Shown piece after piece: positions 18,572 to 28,371 of a stretch of DNA of 64,000 nt (positions are counted from its first letter, which is position 1; each line of letters starts with the position of its first letter). Position numbers and translations under genes: made by a program. Below the pieces are notes generated by a model that was given only the letters and a program-made list of their open reading frames with translations, was not told the DNA's origin and did not search any database. Source of the DNA: Candidatus Woesearchaeota archaeon (GTDB lineage: Archaea; Nanobdellota; Nanobdellia; Woesearchaeales; UBA11576); NCBI GenBank assembly GCA_013203345.1, contig JABMQF010000062.1, positions 2,490 through 66,489 of the forward strand, in the 5' to 3' direction.

Positions 18572-19482
18572 GCTACGCACCTATTAACTGCTATAGTGCA
18601 GCAAAATCAGAAAGGCTTGACAATGTTGTCAACAAGTTCTATGTAAACATAGGAACAGTAAATGTCAACAATGGTAATGTGAATCATGGAATACAGCACT
18701 CTATCGCCGCTGAGCGCACAGGCGATATCAAAGTGTATAATCAAAGCATAGACAACAGAGTTCAGAATAACTATGTGCTGAACCTTGACAACAGGAAAGT
18801 AGAGTTTGTGTCGCCTTACATCTGTGATGCGCGCAGGGAAGGGTCAAGATATCTTGAAGACAGGTCTGGCTATCTTTTGCCCAAACCTTCATGCGATTAT
18901 GACTCAGAAATTTCTGAATATCGAAGCAATGTCACAACAGGTCTGTTGAAGCGAAACCGACCAGCGACACAGTTTGTTGAGGATGCTGAAGAGATAGAAG
19001 ACATTGTCAGGGAGACTTTTGTGAAGCTGACCGGGCAGACATTTCCAGATGAAATCATAGTAAGGGTTCTCAATGAGAAAGACCTGAGAAAAGCACATGA
19101 ATCAAACGGTGGAAAATGGAGTTCCGGCATACTTGGTTTTGCTATCAATGGTTCGTGTCCTCGCGTGTTTGTTCGAAAGAACCATCTTGATTCACTCATG
19201 CTCACTGTCGGGCATGAGATAGGTCACGTCATGAGTCCTGTTTTGCCTGATTCTCTTGATGAAGAAGCTAAGGCATTCGCATTTGAACTGGCATGGGCAA
19301 AGTGCATTGTAGATAATGATATCGGCGGAATGGCGCATAACTTCGACACAGAATTCATGCCAGCAGAGAATGGGTTGCACGATAGAGCATTTGCTTTTGT
19401 GCAGGATGTCGTGAATAAAGGGAAAGATTCTTTCAAAGTGTTCTGGGAACTGGCTAAAGGTGTTGTGCGAGTCAGGGTGTGA
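18568..19482 (+). CDS. Zincin-like metallopeptidase-domain protein
   Basis: TVGHEIGH (HExxH) followed by DEEAKAFAFE; Asn-rich low-complexity N-terminus. Confidence 0.75.
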   Translation: MSYAPINCYSAAKSERLDNVVNKFYVNIGTVNVNNGNVNHGIQHSIAAERTGDIKVYNQSIDNRVQNNYVLNLDNRKVEFVSPYICDARREGSRYLEDRSGYLLPKPSCDYDSEISEYRSNVTTGLLKRNRPATQFVEDAEEIEDIVRETFVKLTGQTFPDEIIVRVLNEKDLRKAHESNGGKWSSGILGFAINGSCPRVFVRKNHLDSLMLTVGHEIGHVMSPVLPDSLDEEAKAFAFELAWAKCIVDNDIGGMAHNFDTEFMPAENGLHDRAFAFVQDVVNKGKDSFKVFWELAKGVVRVRV

Positions 19483-19647
19483 ATGGGAGAATTTCGACGT
19501 ACTTTTTTCTTTCATGTGCTTATTGTGCTGTAATTCTCTATAATGAATCAATAATAGGTCAACGCCTTTGGCGAAACAGAAATTTAGTAAAAAAGATTTC
19601 TTGCAAAACTGGTTTGTGATCTGCTGCAGAATATGAACCCAATCTAA

Positions 19648-19887
19648 TCAATCGTCCGATATGACCATTTTTTCCAACATATTCAAAGCAACATGTCTTC
19701 CTTGTTTTTTAGCTGTTCTCATTATCAAATCATGATCAGTCATGCCCATATTCAAAACATGTTCTGCCAAATATTTAGCCCGCTGTTCTGGCTGGCTTTC
19801 AGGAATCCCTGCTTCACCATATATCCTATCAAGTTTAGGGCTTGGTATTTGGCCATATATCTCAGTCTCTTCTTGTGTCCAAACCAT
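19648..19887 (-). CDS. Hypothetical protein (79 aa)
   Basis: Protein-like composition; minus-strand TATA at about 19913-19920. Confidence 0.55.
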   Translation of the reverse strand: MVWTQEETEIYGQIPSPKLDRIYGEAGIPESQPEQRAKYLAEHVLNMGMTDHDLIMRTAKKQGRHVALNMLEKMVISDD

Positions 19888-20003
19888 TGTGGATTGTTTT
19901 ACTAGACTCGAAGATATAAATATTTCGCGCCTACAGCACTGTTACTTTAAAACTCTTGTCAAACGCCAAAAAGCATTTATAGATGTATATGATAATTAAC
20001 ACT

Positions 20004-20573
20004 ATGGAAACCAAGAAGCAGGTAACGCAGAAGTTCATCATAGGCGTAGTGATGATAATTACGTCACTTGTGATAGGTAAAGTAGCACTTATCCCTCTGA
20101 TAATATTCCCTGGCGACCGAAGCTGGCAGTTTGCGATGCTAATTTCTTACCTGATAGGTTGGATTATCCTGCTTATAGGTATCGGACTCGCAGGTGTTGA
20201 AGGATACAGACTCGCGACACACAAGTACAAGGCATACAAAAAGAAGACAATACGCAATGTCAAGAATCACAGCAAGAATGCTGCAATACATGTAAAAAAA
20301 CACAGCAGAAACGCAGCCCGAAAAGTGAAGAAACATACCCGGAGAGTCACTAAAGGAACTGCCAAAGTGTTTAATAAAGACATGAAAAAATCAGAGAATA
20401 CCCTCCGAAAAACAGCAAATAAAGCGAAAATCCTAAAATCGCCATCCCAACCGCAGCAAGCTGCATGTATTACGCGATTTTCGAGACGGATTTTCTGTCA
20501 TTACAACTTGAAAATTATAACCGCTGCAAAGCAGCAAGTATTATACTCAAGTTGTAATAAACGCAGATTATGA
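20004..20573 (+). CDS. Membrane protein (2 TM) with a basic C-terminal tail
   Basis: Two hydrophobic segments followed by repeated (V)KKHS(R/K)NAA-type basic motifs; TATA at about 19976. Confidence 0.65.
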   Translation: METKKQVTQKFIIGVVMIITSLVIGKVALIPLIIFPGDRSWQFAMLISYLIGWIILLIGIGLAGVEGYRLATHKYKAYKKKTIRNVKNHSKNAAIHVKKHSRNAARKVKKHTRRVTKGTAKVFNKDMKKSENTLRKTANKAKILKSPSQPQQAACITRFSRRIFCHYNLKIITAAKQQVLYSSCNKRRL

Positions 20574-20660
20574 CTTTTCTGTCACAAACATGTGGCTTGG
20601 CGTCACAAAGTATTTATAAAGAACAATGCATTAATACTTAACAGCAGAATAATCTGTCAC
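20572..20660 (+). promoter_or_regulatory. Paired GAC-N6-GTCAC-type sites flanking the TATA box
   Basis: GAC-TTTTCT-GTCAC at 20572-20585; TTTATAAA at 20613; GAA-TAATCT-GTCAC at 20647-20660. Confidence 0.65.
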
Positions 20661-20670
20661 AGAGGTCAAA

Positions 20671-20940
20671 ATGGCAATCAAAGAGATAAAAGAAACAAAA
20701 AAGCCAGCGGCGAATACTTCCCAGGTTACACAAGGTGGAGCAAGCAAGGACGAACAGATAGGATTCCATAAAGGATCATTATCAACATTAGCCAAAGAAA
20801 GAGAAGAGATGCTCAAGATACTCAGCATAGTTGAACAATTAATGCAGATGCATGTATCCGCACTCAAGGAACTAGGTGTAGACCTTGAGAAGATAGCCAA
20901 ACAACAGGCAAAATCAGAACCACTTGAACAAAAGTTGTAG
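20671..20940 (+). CDS. Small coiled-coil hypothetical protein
   Basis: GAGGT ribosome-binding site; EQIGFHKGSLSTLAKEREEMLKILSIVEQLMQMH amphipathic helix. Confidence 0.8.
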   Translation: MAIKEIKETKKPAANTSQVTQGGASKDEQIGFHKGSLSTLAKEREEMLKILSIVEQLMQMHVSALKELGVDLEKIAKQQAKSEPLEQKL

Positions 20941-20945
20941 TTCTA

Positions 20946-21034
20946 GACAGTAATGTCACACTATAGTATAGGAGAGCGAAATAATCTTTAAAAGCTCTCT
21001 TGACATATTATAATCAGGTTGACCTAGAAGTCAC
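20946..21034 (+). promoter_or_regulatory. Paired GAC-N6-GTCAC sites flanking the TATA box
   Basis: GAC-AGTAAT-GTCAC at 20946-20959; TTTAAAAG at 20987; GAC-CTAGAA-GTCAC at 21021-21034. Confidence 0.65.
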
Positions 21035-21042
21035 GCCTGGAG

Positions 21043-21678
21043 ATGATGATCATGGAAGATGGAAAAATAATCTGGAAAGGCGTTGCGAAAGCTGAGGAGC
21101 TCAAGAAAAAGCAAAGTAAAAAATCAAACATACTCCACAGCGCATACGAAGCAGCAGTCAATAAACTCGGATACTCAGACGAGGAACTGATGAACAGGAA
21201 CAAATCCATAAAGGTAGTTAAGCTGATGTACAGCGAGTTCCTCAACAATGCAGAGTTCAATCCTCTGCGACCTGAAGGGTTTGATGAAATGAGTGATGAT
21301 GACCAGCAAAGATCATATGAACACAACCTCGGAATGAATATTGACACATTCACGAGTGACGGAGGTATGATTGACCGGCTTGGAGGATTGAGAAGGCAAT
21401 CGTTCACAAACATGATAAGCAACCATGCTGATAATGAAATTGACAAACGCCTCAAAGCATACTTTGTGTCTGCAACATACAATGAGGACGAGGACATGTT
21501 AACAAACAGGGACAGATACCTAAATGAAATTTCACAAGACCCTGCCCTCGCAGGAAATGATGTTACAAAAGGGATCCATATGAGCCTTGATGACATAGCA
21601 TCAGACGGTGTCAGCGCAATGAGAGGCAATACGAACAGGAATCACTACGAACATGTTAGAGGAATACAATTCGAATGA
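21043..21678 (+). CDS. Hypothetical protein (211 aa)
   Basis: GGAG ribosome-binding site; ATGA-coupled to the next gene. Confidence 0.75.
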   Translation: MMIMEDGKIIWKGVAKAEELKKKQSKKSNILHSAYEAAVNKLGYSDEELMNRNKSIKVVKLMYSEFLNNAEFNPLRPEGFDEMSDDDQQRSYEHNLGMNIDTFTSDGGMIDRLGGLRRQSFTNMISNHADNEIDKRLKAYFVSATYNEDEDMLTNRDRYLNEISQDPALAGNDVTKGIHMSLDDIASDGVSAMRGNTNRNHYEHVRGIQFE

Positions 21679-22667
21679 ACAAATACAACAACCCTGCGGA
21701 ACATGAAAAGTACAGCCTGGTAAACAGGATAGAAGATGAAATCCATACAGAGCTAGCGCCGCCTTTCAGGGATGTGGCATATAGATGCGCACAAGATCTT
21801 TCTGATGTGATGTACAAGCATTGCGCAGAAGAAAAATTCCCTACGCGAGGCGGCGAAGCGCTTGAACACTTCAACAGGAATTTCATGGAAAGGGAAATAT
21901 CAAGGGTCAAAGGAAACATAACACAATATGTTAGGGATGCTTTCGGAACCGATGACGACAAAAAGACAAACAACCTGCGCAGGAATGTCTACAGGAAAAT
22001 AGGAAAATATGGCCTCGGTGATTTTGTTGATTCCAAAAGACCCTGGAAACAAGCAGACCTCGATGACAGAATAACCTCCAAATACAATGTGCAGGCAGCA
22101 ACTGTCGAATCAACACTGACAAATACCCTGCAAAACTATAGGGACACAATACACCCTGAACAATATGACAAACTAAGTGCCATGATAAAGGAAAAATCAC
22201 CAGTCATCGCAGAATCCATATCAGCATACATGCCGAATCAGGACAACAGGCTCAACAGGATATTTGACATGACAACAGGAGTCACAAACTACAATGAAGC
22301 AAGACAGATATTCGAGAAGCAGATAATCTATGACGCGCTGGAAGCAGCAGGATTTGACAAGAAAAAAACAGCAGAATATCTTGGGGACTCTACCAAGACT
22401 CTCGACAGGAGAATGACATCTCTTGGAATAAATGATAATATCAAGCTAGAGAGTAAAGAAAAAATAGAAGATATTGTTGTCAAAAACAAACCGAATGAGA
22501 TGCCTGCAGAAGCTATCAGCGAGACTGAAAGGTTCAAGCAGCTTGTCGAAGATTATAATTCAAAGAGAGAAGATAACAGGAAGGGAAATGAAACTGACAA
22601 TGTCGTCAGCATCGGCGTGTTAAGTAATGGAAATTCAAAGAGTCATGTGCTAAGGAAAGCAGCCTAA
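21675..22667 (+). CDS. Protein with Fis-type (HTH_8) DNA-binding domain(s)
   Basis: FEKQIIYDALEAAGFDKKKTAEYLGDSTKTLDRRMTSLGI, plus a second degenerate unit (FNRNFMEREISRVKGNITQ..RRNVYRKIGKYGL). Confidence 0.7.
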   Translation: MNKYNNPAEHEKYSLVNRIEDEIHTELAPPFRDVAYRCAQDLSDVMYKHCAEEKFPTRGGEALEHFNRNFMEREISRVKGNITQYVRDAFGTDDDKKTNNLRRNVYRKIGKYGLGDFVDSKRPWKQADLDDRITSKYNVQAATVESTLTNTLQNYRDTIHPEQYDKLSAMIKEKSPVIAESISAYMPNQDNRLNRIFDMTTGVTNYNEARQIFEKQIIYDALEAAGFDKKKTAEYLGDSTKTLDRRMTSLGINDNIKLESKEKIEDIVVKNKPNEMPAEAISETERFKQLVEDYNSKREDNRKGNETDNVVSIGVLSNGNSKSHVLRKAA

Positions 22668-22725
22668 CAAAAGATTTAAATAAGCGTTTTCTTATATTGT
22701 ACTGAATAAAGAGGTGTGCTTTGCC

Positions 22726-23394
22726 ATGTCTGAGAAAACGAAAACCGCGAAAACAAGTTCTGTGAAGAAAGGAATAAATAAATACAACCTAAAAGGATTG
22801 ATAAAAAAAAAGCCTTCGGCAAACGTGAAAACAGATACATCAAAAACCTCAGAGATGATAAAAGAGGACGGAACAAAAACAGAAGACAATTTCCTCAAGT
22901 ACATCAAGCTTGCGATGGAAACAGAGACTAAAGGCATCCAATTCTACAAGCAGGCAAAGCGACATGTCAATGACTACAATATGAAAAGGCTTATTGATGT
23001 CTTGCTCGAACAGGAATACGTTCATCTTGCATTCTTCAAAGCAATATACAAAGCAGAAAAGAAAGGACGAAATCAAGCAGAAATCAAAGCAGCAGAGTAT
23101 GCTGAACAGCCAGATATAGAAAACCCTCTATTTGGAACAAAGCAGTTACAGGAAGTGACTGAACACAAGAGCACAATATATGAAATATTCAAGCAAGCCA
23201 TAGAATTCGAAGAGCAAGGATATGACATATACATGGACCTTGCAAAGAAAGTCAAGAGTGCAAAGATAAAGAAGTTCCTGAAGATTGTCGCAAATGAAGA
23301 GCTAAAACACAGGGACTTCATACAGATGCACCAGGAAGCAGTCTACAACACAGGTTACTGGTTTGGAACAGAGCATGTAAGACTGGAGACATGA
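22726..23394 (+). CDS. Rubrerythrin/ferritin-like diiron protein
   Basis: Paired AMETE..FY..EYVH and AIEFE..Y..ELKH (E...ExxH) motifs. Confidence 0.88.
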   Translation: MSEKTKTAKTSSVKKGINKYNLKGLIKKKPSANVKTDTSKTSEMIKEDGTKTEDNFLKYIKLAMETETKGIQFYKQAKRHVNDYNMKRLIDVLLEQEYVHLAFFKAIYKAEKKGRNQAEIKAAEYAEQPDIENPLFGTKQLQEVTEHKSTIYEIFKQAIEFEEQGYDIYMDLAKKVKSAKIKKFLKIVANEELKHRDFIQMHQEAVYNTGYWFGTEHVRLET

Positions 23395-23486
23395 TTGTCA
23401 CATATTTTCTTTTTCTGACGATAAATACCTAAAAACCCTGAAGACATAATAGTATACAGGCAGTCATGTGACTGCACTAATGTCAC
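23388..23486 (+). promoter_or_regulatory. GAC-N6-GTCAC sites around a weak TATA box
   Basis: GAC-ATGATT-GTCAC at 23388-23401; CTAAAAAC at 23429; GTGAC...GTCAC at 23468-23486. Confidence 0.5.
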
Positions 23487-23498
23487 AAGGTGAGAAAA

Positions 23499-24064
23499 AT
23501 GTACCAAAACAAAACAGATGCGCTAATTGCGCCAGCATACAGAGGAAATGATCAGAAAAAAAGGAAAAGAAGAAACCATACAAAGGCGGCCCGCTGGATG
23601 AAGATGATAAACTAAAAGATCTTATGGCAGAACTCGGATTTGGTCTGGGTGATGATCGCAACATCATGCCTGCGGGAAACCCTTATATGAACAGCATGCA
23701 GCCTGGAGCGCAAAACATGTACGGACCTGCGCAAATGCAACAAATGCCTATGCCGCAAATGCCAATGCAACAGATACCTATGCAGCAGTACGGTGCTAGA
23801 AACATGATGCCCCCTAATGGAAACAATTCACAAGTCAGCATAAGCTACATATCCCCTGAAGGAATAACTTACAACATGGGCTTTACCGCACCCCACGAGA
23901 AAAGAGGGGATGCACTCTACACATCACTCTGCGGACTGTATGGCTTGATGATGACAGAAGGTAAAATGGGTTCAGGGAAGAAAGCCGGCGGCAAATATGA
24001 TGGCAGTAAAGGTTATTCAGGAAGCTCCAAAGGGTACTCTGGAGGAAAAGGAGGCAGCAATTGA
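23499..24064 (+). CDS. Low-complexity Gln/Met/Pro- and Gly/Ser/Lys-rich protein, apparently frameshifted at an A7 run
   Basis: GGTGA plus ATG at 23499 (MYQNKTD..); the frame of 23624-24064 is open back across the A7 at 23556-23562. Confidence 0.6.
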
Positions 24065-24072
24065 TAGCAGAA

Positions 24073-24594
24073 TCACAGCTTGTAAACACTAAAAGACACT
24101 CCTCTCACAGTCACGCTGTTTGAAGGAGATAAGGTCAAGGGCCTGAAAATATTATCTGCAATGACTAATGTTCCTTTGAACTGCTCAACAAGCCTGCGCT
24201 CCAGCTTGTGAAAATAGTTGTCAGGATTGATGAATATGAAATCATACTTTGACAAATCCTCATCAAGATAGTCCATGCATATGAGATCCATTTCAAGACC
24301 TAGCTTCTTTGCCATCATAACAGCATCATTGTGCAGCTGCTCATCAATCTCTATTCCTGACGATGTCGTGAAAAGAGACGCGATTGCGACAACAACACCA
24401 TCACCAGAACCTAAATCCAGAAAAGCTCTTGATTTGCCAAGCTCCAGCTTACGAAAAAGTTCGTGCATATGTACAGGATCTGCTGATGCCCAGTAACCAA
24501 TGCTCGTCGGTCGCTGCGACTTACCCTGCGCGAGAAGACGCCCTTTCCTACGCATATACTCTTTGCTTATTGTATTAAAATCAGCAACAGTCAT
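24073..24594 (-). CDS. Class I SAM-dependent methyltransferase
   Basis: FLDLGSGDG, GIEID and YDFIFINPD motifs. Confidence 0.85.
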   Translation of the reverse strand: MTVADFNTISKEYMRRKGRLLAQGKSQRPTSIGYWASADPVHMHELFRKLELGKSRAFLDLGSGDGVVVAIASLFTTSSGIEIDEQLHNDAVMMAKKLGLEMDLICMDYLDEDLSKYDFIFINPDNYFHKLERRLVEQFKGTLVIADNIFRPLTLSPSNSVTVRGVSFSVYKL

Positions 24595-24675
24595 GATAAA
24601 AAAGGAGAAAGAGATGAGTTATTAACTTTACTTATTTACAGCAATAACTGTCTCGGATTTGCCTCTAATCACAAA

Positions 24676-25512
24676 TCATGCAGATCGGAGAGTCACTTTT
24701 ACTGCATGTAGAAACTGCTCTGCCTCCTTACGGTAGCGATCATAATTGTCTCCTGACACCTTATTAACCTCTCCAGACATAAGCATACGGCCAACATTAT
24801 GGAATTCTGCAAGTATTGAAAGATAACGCTTCTCAAGAATACCTGGAATCACAAGATGCTGCTTTGTAAGATCAACTAAATGGTCTGGAGTCTCAGGCAC
24901 AATACCCTGATGGAGAAGAGCTGCATGTGCAGCATCAACCACAGCCCAATGCAAATCAATAACTGCCTGCTTCATATTGAAATACGAATTAGCAACAGAC
25001 ATCGGTCCACGCTCAAGATATATCCAAACAATCTCCTCACAAGGAGATACTAGCTTTGATCCGAGCATGTTCTTTGCCATGCCAAAACAACCTACATCAT
25101 ACATCGCTTTGCCGTCACGCAGCATGTTCACCAGAATAGGATCTCCCTTCAGAGTGTAATCCCAGAATTTTGTAAGGGGCATAGTGGTTATGTGAAGTCT
25201 CTTTGATATATTCGCAGCAGTCTTCTCAGTTATGACACGATATGCAGTTATGACCTCAGGAGTCAACACATTAATCATATCATCAATTATTATAAGGATA
25301 TCTATGTCGCTGCCGAACAGGACCTGCTCCCTTGAAGAAACCTTACCTGTCCTGAAACCTCCCCTTACAGCAGAGCCAAACCAAACTACTGACTTAATAA
25401 AAGAATCAAGCTCCTTGCATATCCCATCAGAAAAGCGATTCACAATATCCTCTATCTCTTTAGGATTCGCCATATACTCCGTCCTCTTTGTCCTGAAATC
25501 CATTTTTACCAT
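24676..25512 (-). CDS. Nucleotidyltransferase-HEPN fusion with an intact active site
   Basis: SVVWFGSAVRG..SDIDILIIIDD; HEPN-like LHWAVVDAAHAALLHQG..P. Confidence 0.8.
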   Translation of the reverse strand: MVKMDFRTKRTEYMANPKEIEDIVNRFSDGICKELDSFIKSVVWFGSAVRGGFRTGKVSSREQVLFGSDIDILIIIDDMINVLTPEVITAYRVITEKTAANISKRLHITTMPLTKFWDYTLKGDPILVNMLRDGKAMYDVGCFGMAKNMLGSKLVSPCEEIVWIYLERGPMSVANSYFNMKQAVIDLHWAVVDAAHAALLHQGIVPETPDHLVDLTKQHLVIPGILEKRYLSILAEFHNVGRMLMSGEVNKVSGDNYDRYRKEAEQFLHAVKVTLRSA

Positions 25513-25551
25513 CTATTTTTCTTTTCTTATCACAAACAAAAAATCAAATAA

Positions 25552-27567
25552 TCACTCAAGGGGCATTCCACTCCAGAAAACCCAATCCTCTGTCGGCCTG
25601 TAAGCACCAACGACATAAGGCGGCGGGTTAGAATGACCAAAGTATGTCTCTGAAACATCTGACCAAGTAGTACGCTGCGGAGCAAAATAAGAGCCAGCAA
25701 TATCTGCACCGAACGCTCTCCAAGTCTCAAGCAACAACCTACCTTTTGTGAACTGCTCCTCCTCATGACCTTCTGAAACTATAAAACCACTAAAACCCTT
25801 GGCCCTCAGCCGATCAACAGCCTCGACAACAGGGAATATACCCTGCCCAGCAGGCAAGTGACCGTGAGCACCTGTCGCTGAATCAACAGCCTGAATACTA
25901 CCTATCACGTCCTCTTTCTGCATCCTATCAACCATCTCCAAGTACCAATTATTGAACCTGACCAGACGCTCATCTTCTGTCTCCCTCGGGTGATCCTTAG
26001 GAAAATGATTGATCCACATACCAAGATGCGAGGTGTCAAAACAACCACTTATATGTTTCTTGGCAGCAACTGCCGCATCTGACTTTGAGAACCCACGATC
26101 CTTGACAAGGTCATCTGCCATCTCCTTTCTCGACTTTTTGATCAAATCTATGAACTCATCAGGATGCCCACCATACGCTCCAGGCCAGCCAAGCTCAGGA
26201 CCAACATGTATAGGCCTTTCAACATGACGATTGTTTTTTGTCTCATCCATAGCAAATAATCCTGCTTCTGCATATGACTTGACAGCACTTTTGAGAGCGA
26301 ATTTCTCAAGTGACTGCATCCTCTCCATTGACATCAATGTTTCAGTTGCCTGCGCATCAGCAGCAGCAGAAGACTCATACATATGCTGAAGATCGTGATC
26401 CAGGCTCGCTAATGTTTCCCTGATAAGCTCTGTCGGCTTCTTAAACGTAGAAGGAAGAAAAGGAGAACCTGCGAAAAGAGGATCCTGCCTTTTTATAGTG
26501 TCAAGGTCCTCGTCACTCATCGACGACTCAACTTTTTCATAATAAACAAGCGCGTCCTTGTATGCGTCACGCCTCTTCTCCTGGTCCCTAAGATGTTTAG
26601 TATAATAAAGCGAATGACCCTTCTGCTGAATCCACTTGTTATCCATCTGCAGCCTAAACGCAAACTCAGCAGGAGTGTAATCCTGTTCGTGACGTTTATT
26701 GAAATCGCCCGTCCTCTTAACGACATCCTGCCAGGTAATCTGCTGAATATCAAAACTCTTTTTCTCCTCTGACCACTTAGGTACTCTGTGAATCAGCTGG
26801 TCTGGCTTGGTCGGATCTATCATCCTGTTGTCATGTGTGAGAAAATCCCCTTTCTGTATATGCACCTCATTATTATTCACATCCTTGCCCATGAAATCAC
26901 TATCAGCTTTTCTATACACCGGCTCGAAAAAATCAGTTGAGTGGCGTATCTCTCCCGTTATCTGACCAGTCTTAGTGTCAACAAGATACTCCTTTGCGAG
27001 CAGGTCCTCTCCTTCATATGCTTCAAACAACCCCTTATACTTCCCTTTCTGATTCCATTTAGCGTCGATGATATTCCTATGGAATTCCTGAGAGAAAATA
27101 TCAACACCGCCTCCACCAGATATATCCCCTATGAATCTTATAGCATCCTTTACCTCCTGAAGATCAGTCTGACGTTTCTCTTCTGATATAGACTGCCTCT
27201 GAGGATCAAAACCTGAAAGACTGCTCATAGATGAAGTGGGCATCTCAAGCCCTTCAATCTTGACATTGTTAGCGAGCTGCAACTCACGTAGATTCTCACG
27301 AACCTCCTTACCATATGCTTTAGGTCTTCCACCCATCGCCTGGGTATGAGGCGTACTCATAACTATCTGCATCTTGCTAGCACCCTGCCTTATAGCAGCG
27401 TCGACATTCTGAATTATGTGACCTCCTGTGACAGGATCCTTCTCTACAACAGTAACTCCTAACTCATTTATAGGAATAATTGGCTTCTCAATCTTAGGCT
27501 GAACTCCCTGTGAATCGTGAGATTCCCTGTCCATTGGCGAGTAATAAGGGCCAGAGCTGAACTGCAT
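25552..27567 (-). CDS. Xylose isomerase/AP endonuclease 2-like TIM-barrel protein with a large helical insertion
   Basis: Metal-ligand pattern GPE / CFDTSH / AVD..GHLPAGQG / VSEGH; roughly 300-aa central insert. Start MQFSSGPYY at 27567. Confidence 0.75.
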   Translation of the reverse strand: MQFSSGPYYSPMDRESHDSQGVQPKIEKPIIPINELGVTVVEKDPVTGGHIIQNVDAAIRQGASKMQIVMSTPHTQAMGGRPKAYGKEVRENLRELQLANNVKIEGLEMPTSSMSSLSGFDPQRQSISEEKRQTDLQEVKDAIRFIGDISGGGGVDIFSQEFHRNIIDAKWNQKGKYKGLFEAYEGEDLLAKEYLVDTKTGQITGEIRHSTDFFEPVYRKADSDFMGKDVNNNEVHIQKGDFLTHDNRMIDPTKPDQLIHRVPKWSEEKKSFDIQQITWQDVVKRTGDFNKRHEQDYTPAEFAFRLQMDNKWIQQKGHSLYYTKHLRDQEKRRDAYKDALVYYEKVESSMSDEDLDTIKRQDPLFAGSPFLPSTFKKPTELIRETLASLDHDLQHMYESSAAADAQATETLMSMERMQSLEKFALKSAVKSYAEAGLFAMDETKNNRHVERPIHVGPELGWPGAYGGHPDEFIDLIKKSRKEMADDLVKDRGFSKSDAAVAAKKHISGCFDTSHLGMWINHFPKDHPRETEDERLVRFNNWYLEMVDRMQKEDVIGSIQAVDSATGAHGHLPAGQGIFPVVEAVDRLRAKGFSGFIVSEGHEEEQFTKGRLLLETWRAFGADIAGSYFAPQRTTWSDVSETYFGHSNPPPYVVGAYRPTEDWVFWSGMPLE

Positions 27568-27568
27568 A

Positions 27569-28363
27569 CTACATACCTCCTGCGTGCTTGCGCACAAAAG
27601 CATCTATCTCCTTGAGAAAAAAATCAACATCTGAAAGATATGCATCATACTCCCTGCCAGATATCTCAAAGACTTCCCTATGCATTATTCTCTTAGCAGT
27701 GTCGTGAATATTTTCTACTATCTTCGCGCACCTGCTGTGAACAAGATTGCGACGCACAAGTTCATCCTTGACAATTTTGGCAAGATCATTAGGAGAAGGA
27801 GGAGTCATGCCTGCCACCATAACAGCAGCATGAGCAGCGTCAGTCACAGCCCAGTAAAGATCTATCACTGCCCTACCCACATTCTGATTAGCAGTCTTCA
27901 TAGAACGATCTGCCTTGAGGAAATAGATATTCACACTCTCTTTTGAAGGTCTCACCTTGCCCTTGACAAGAAGATCCTGAAGAGGAAGGAAGAAACCGTT
28001 ATCATGTATAGAATATGAATTCCTAAAAACATCCATAATTTTATCGTCTCGATTCTTAAAAGACTTCCAAACATCAGACGCTATCATGGAATCGCTCTGC
28101 ACAGAAAGACTGTTGTCATAAGCAATGCCTGCTGCAAAGATTTTCACTTCAGCTGCCTGCTGAGCAAAAACAACATTATTGAAATCATCAATTATGAACA
28201 TCATCTCCAGTTTATCACCATCTGGCCTATGCACTAGGATAGACGCCAAAATATCTTTATGCTTCTCGAGCACAGCATCAGCGACCTTGCCTGCATCAGC
28301 AAATCTACTACCACTAAATTTATCTGTGTTATGCTTCTTTATTGACTTAAGATCTGATTCCAT
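27569..28363 (-). CDS. Nucleotidyltransferase-HEPN paralog with a degenerate catalytic motif
   Basis: ILASILVHRPDGDKLEMMFIIDD (no GS or DxD); DLYWAVTDAAHAAVMVAG..PPSP aligns with 24676-25512. Confidence 0.75.
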   Translation of the reverse strand: MESDLKSIKKHNTDKFSGSRFADAGKVADAVLEKHKDILASILVHRPDGDKLEMMFIIDDFNNVVFAQQAAEVKIFAAGIAYDNSLSVQSDSMIASDVWKSFKNRDDKIMDVFRNSYSIHDNGFFLPLQDLLVKGKVRPSKESVNIYFLKADRSMKTANQNVGRAVIDLYWAVTDAAHAAVMVAGMTPPSPNDLAKIVKDELVRRNLVHSRCAKIVENIHDTAKRIMHREVFEISGREYDAYLSDVDFFLKEIDAFVRKHAGGM

Positions 28364-28371
28364 TTTAGCAC

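Noticed and set aside
19932..19983. Sixth GTCAC-type site (TAC-AGCACT-GTTAC)
   Set aside because: It has mismatches and a 31-bp rather than 28-bp offset to the TATA box, so it was not counted in the regulon.
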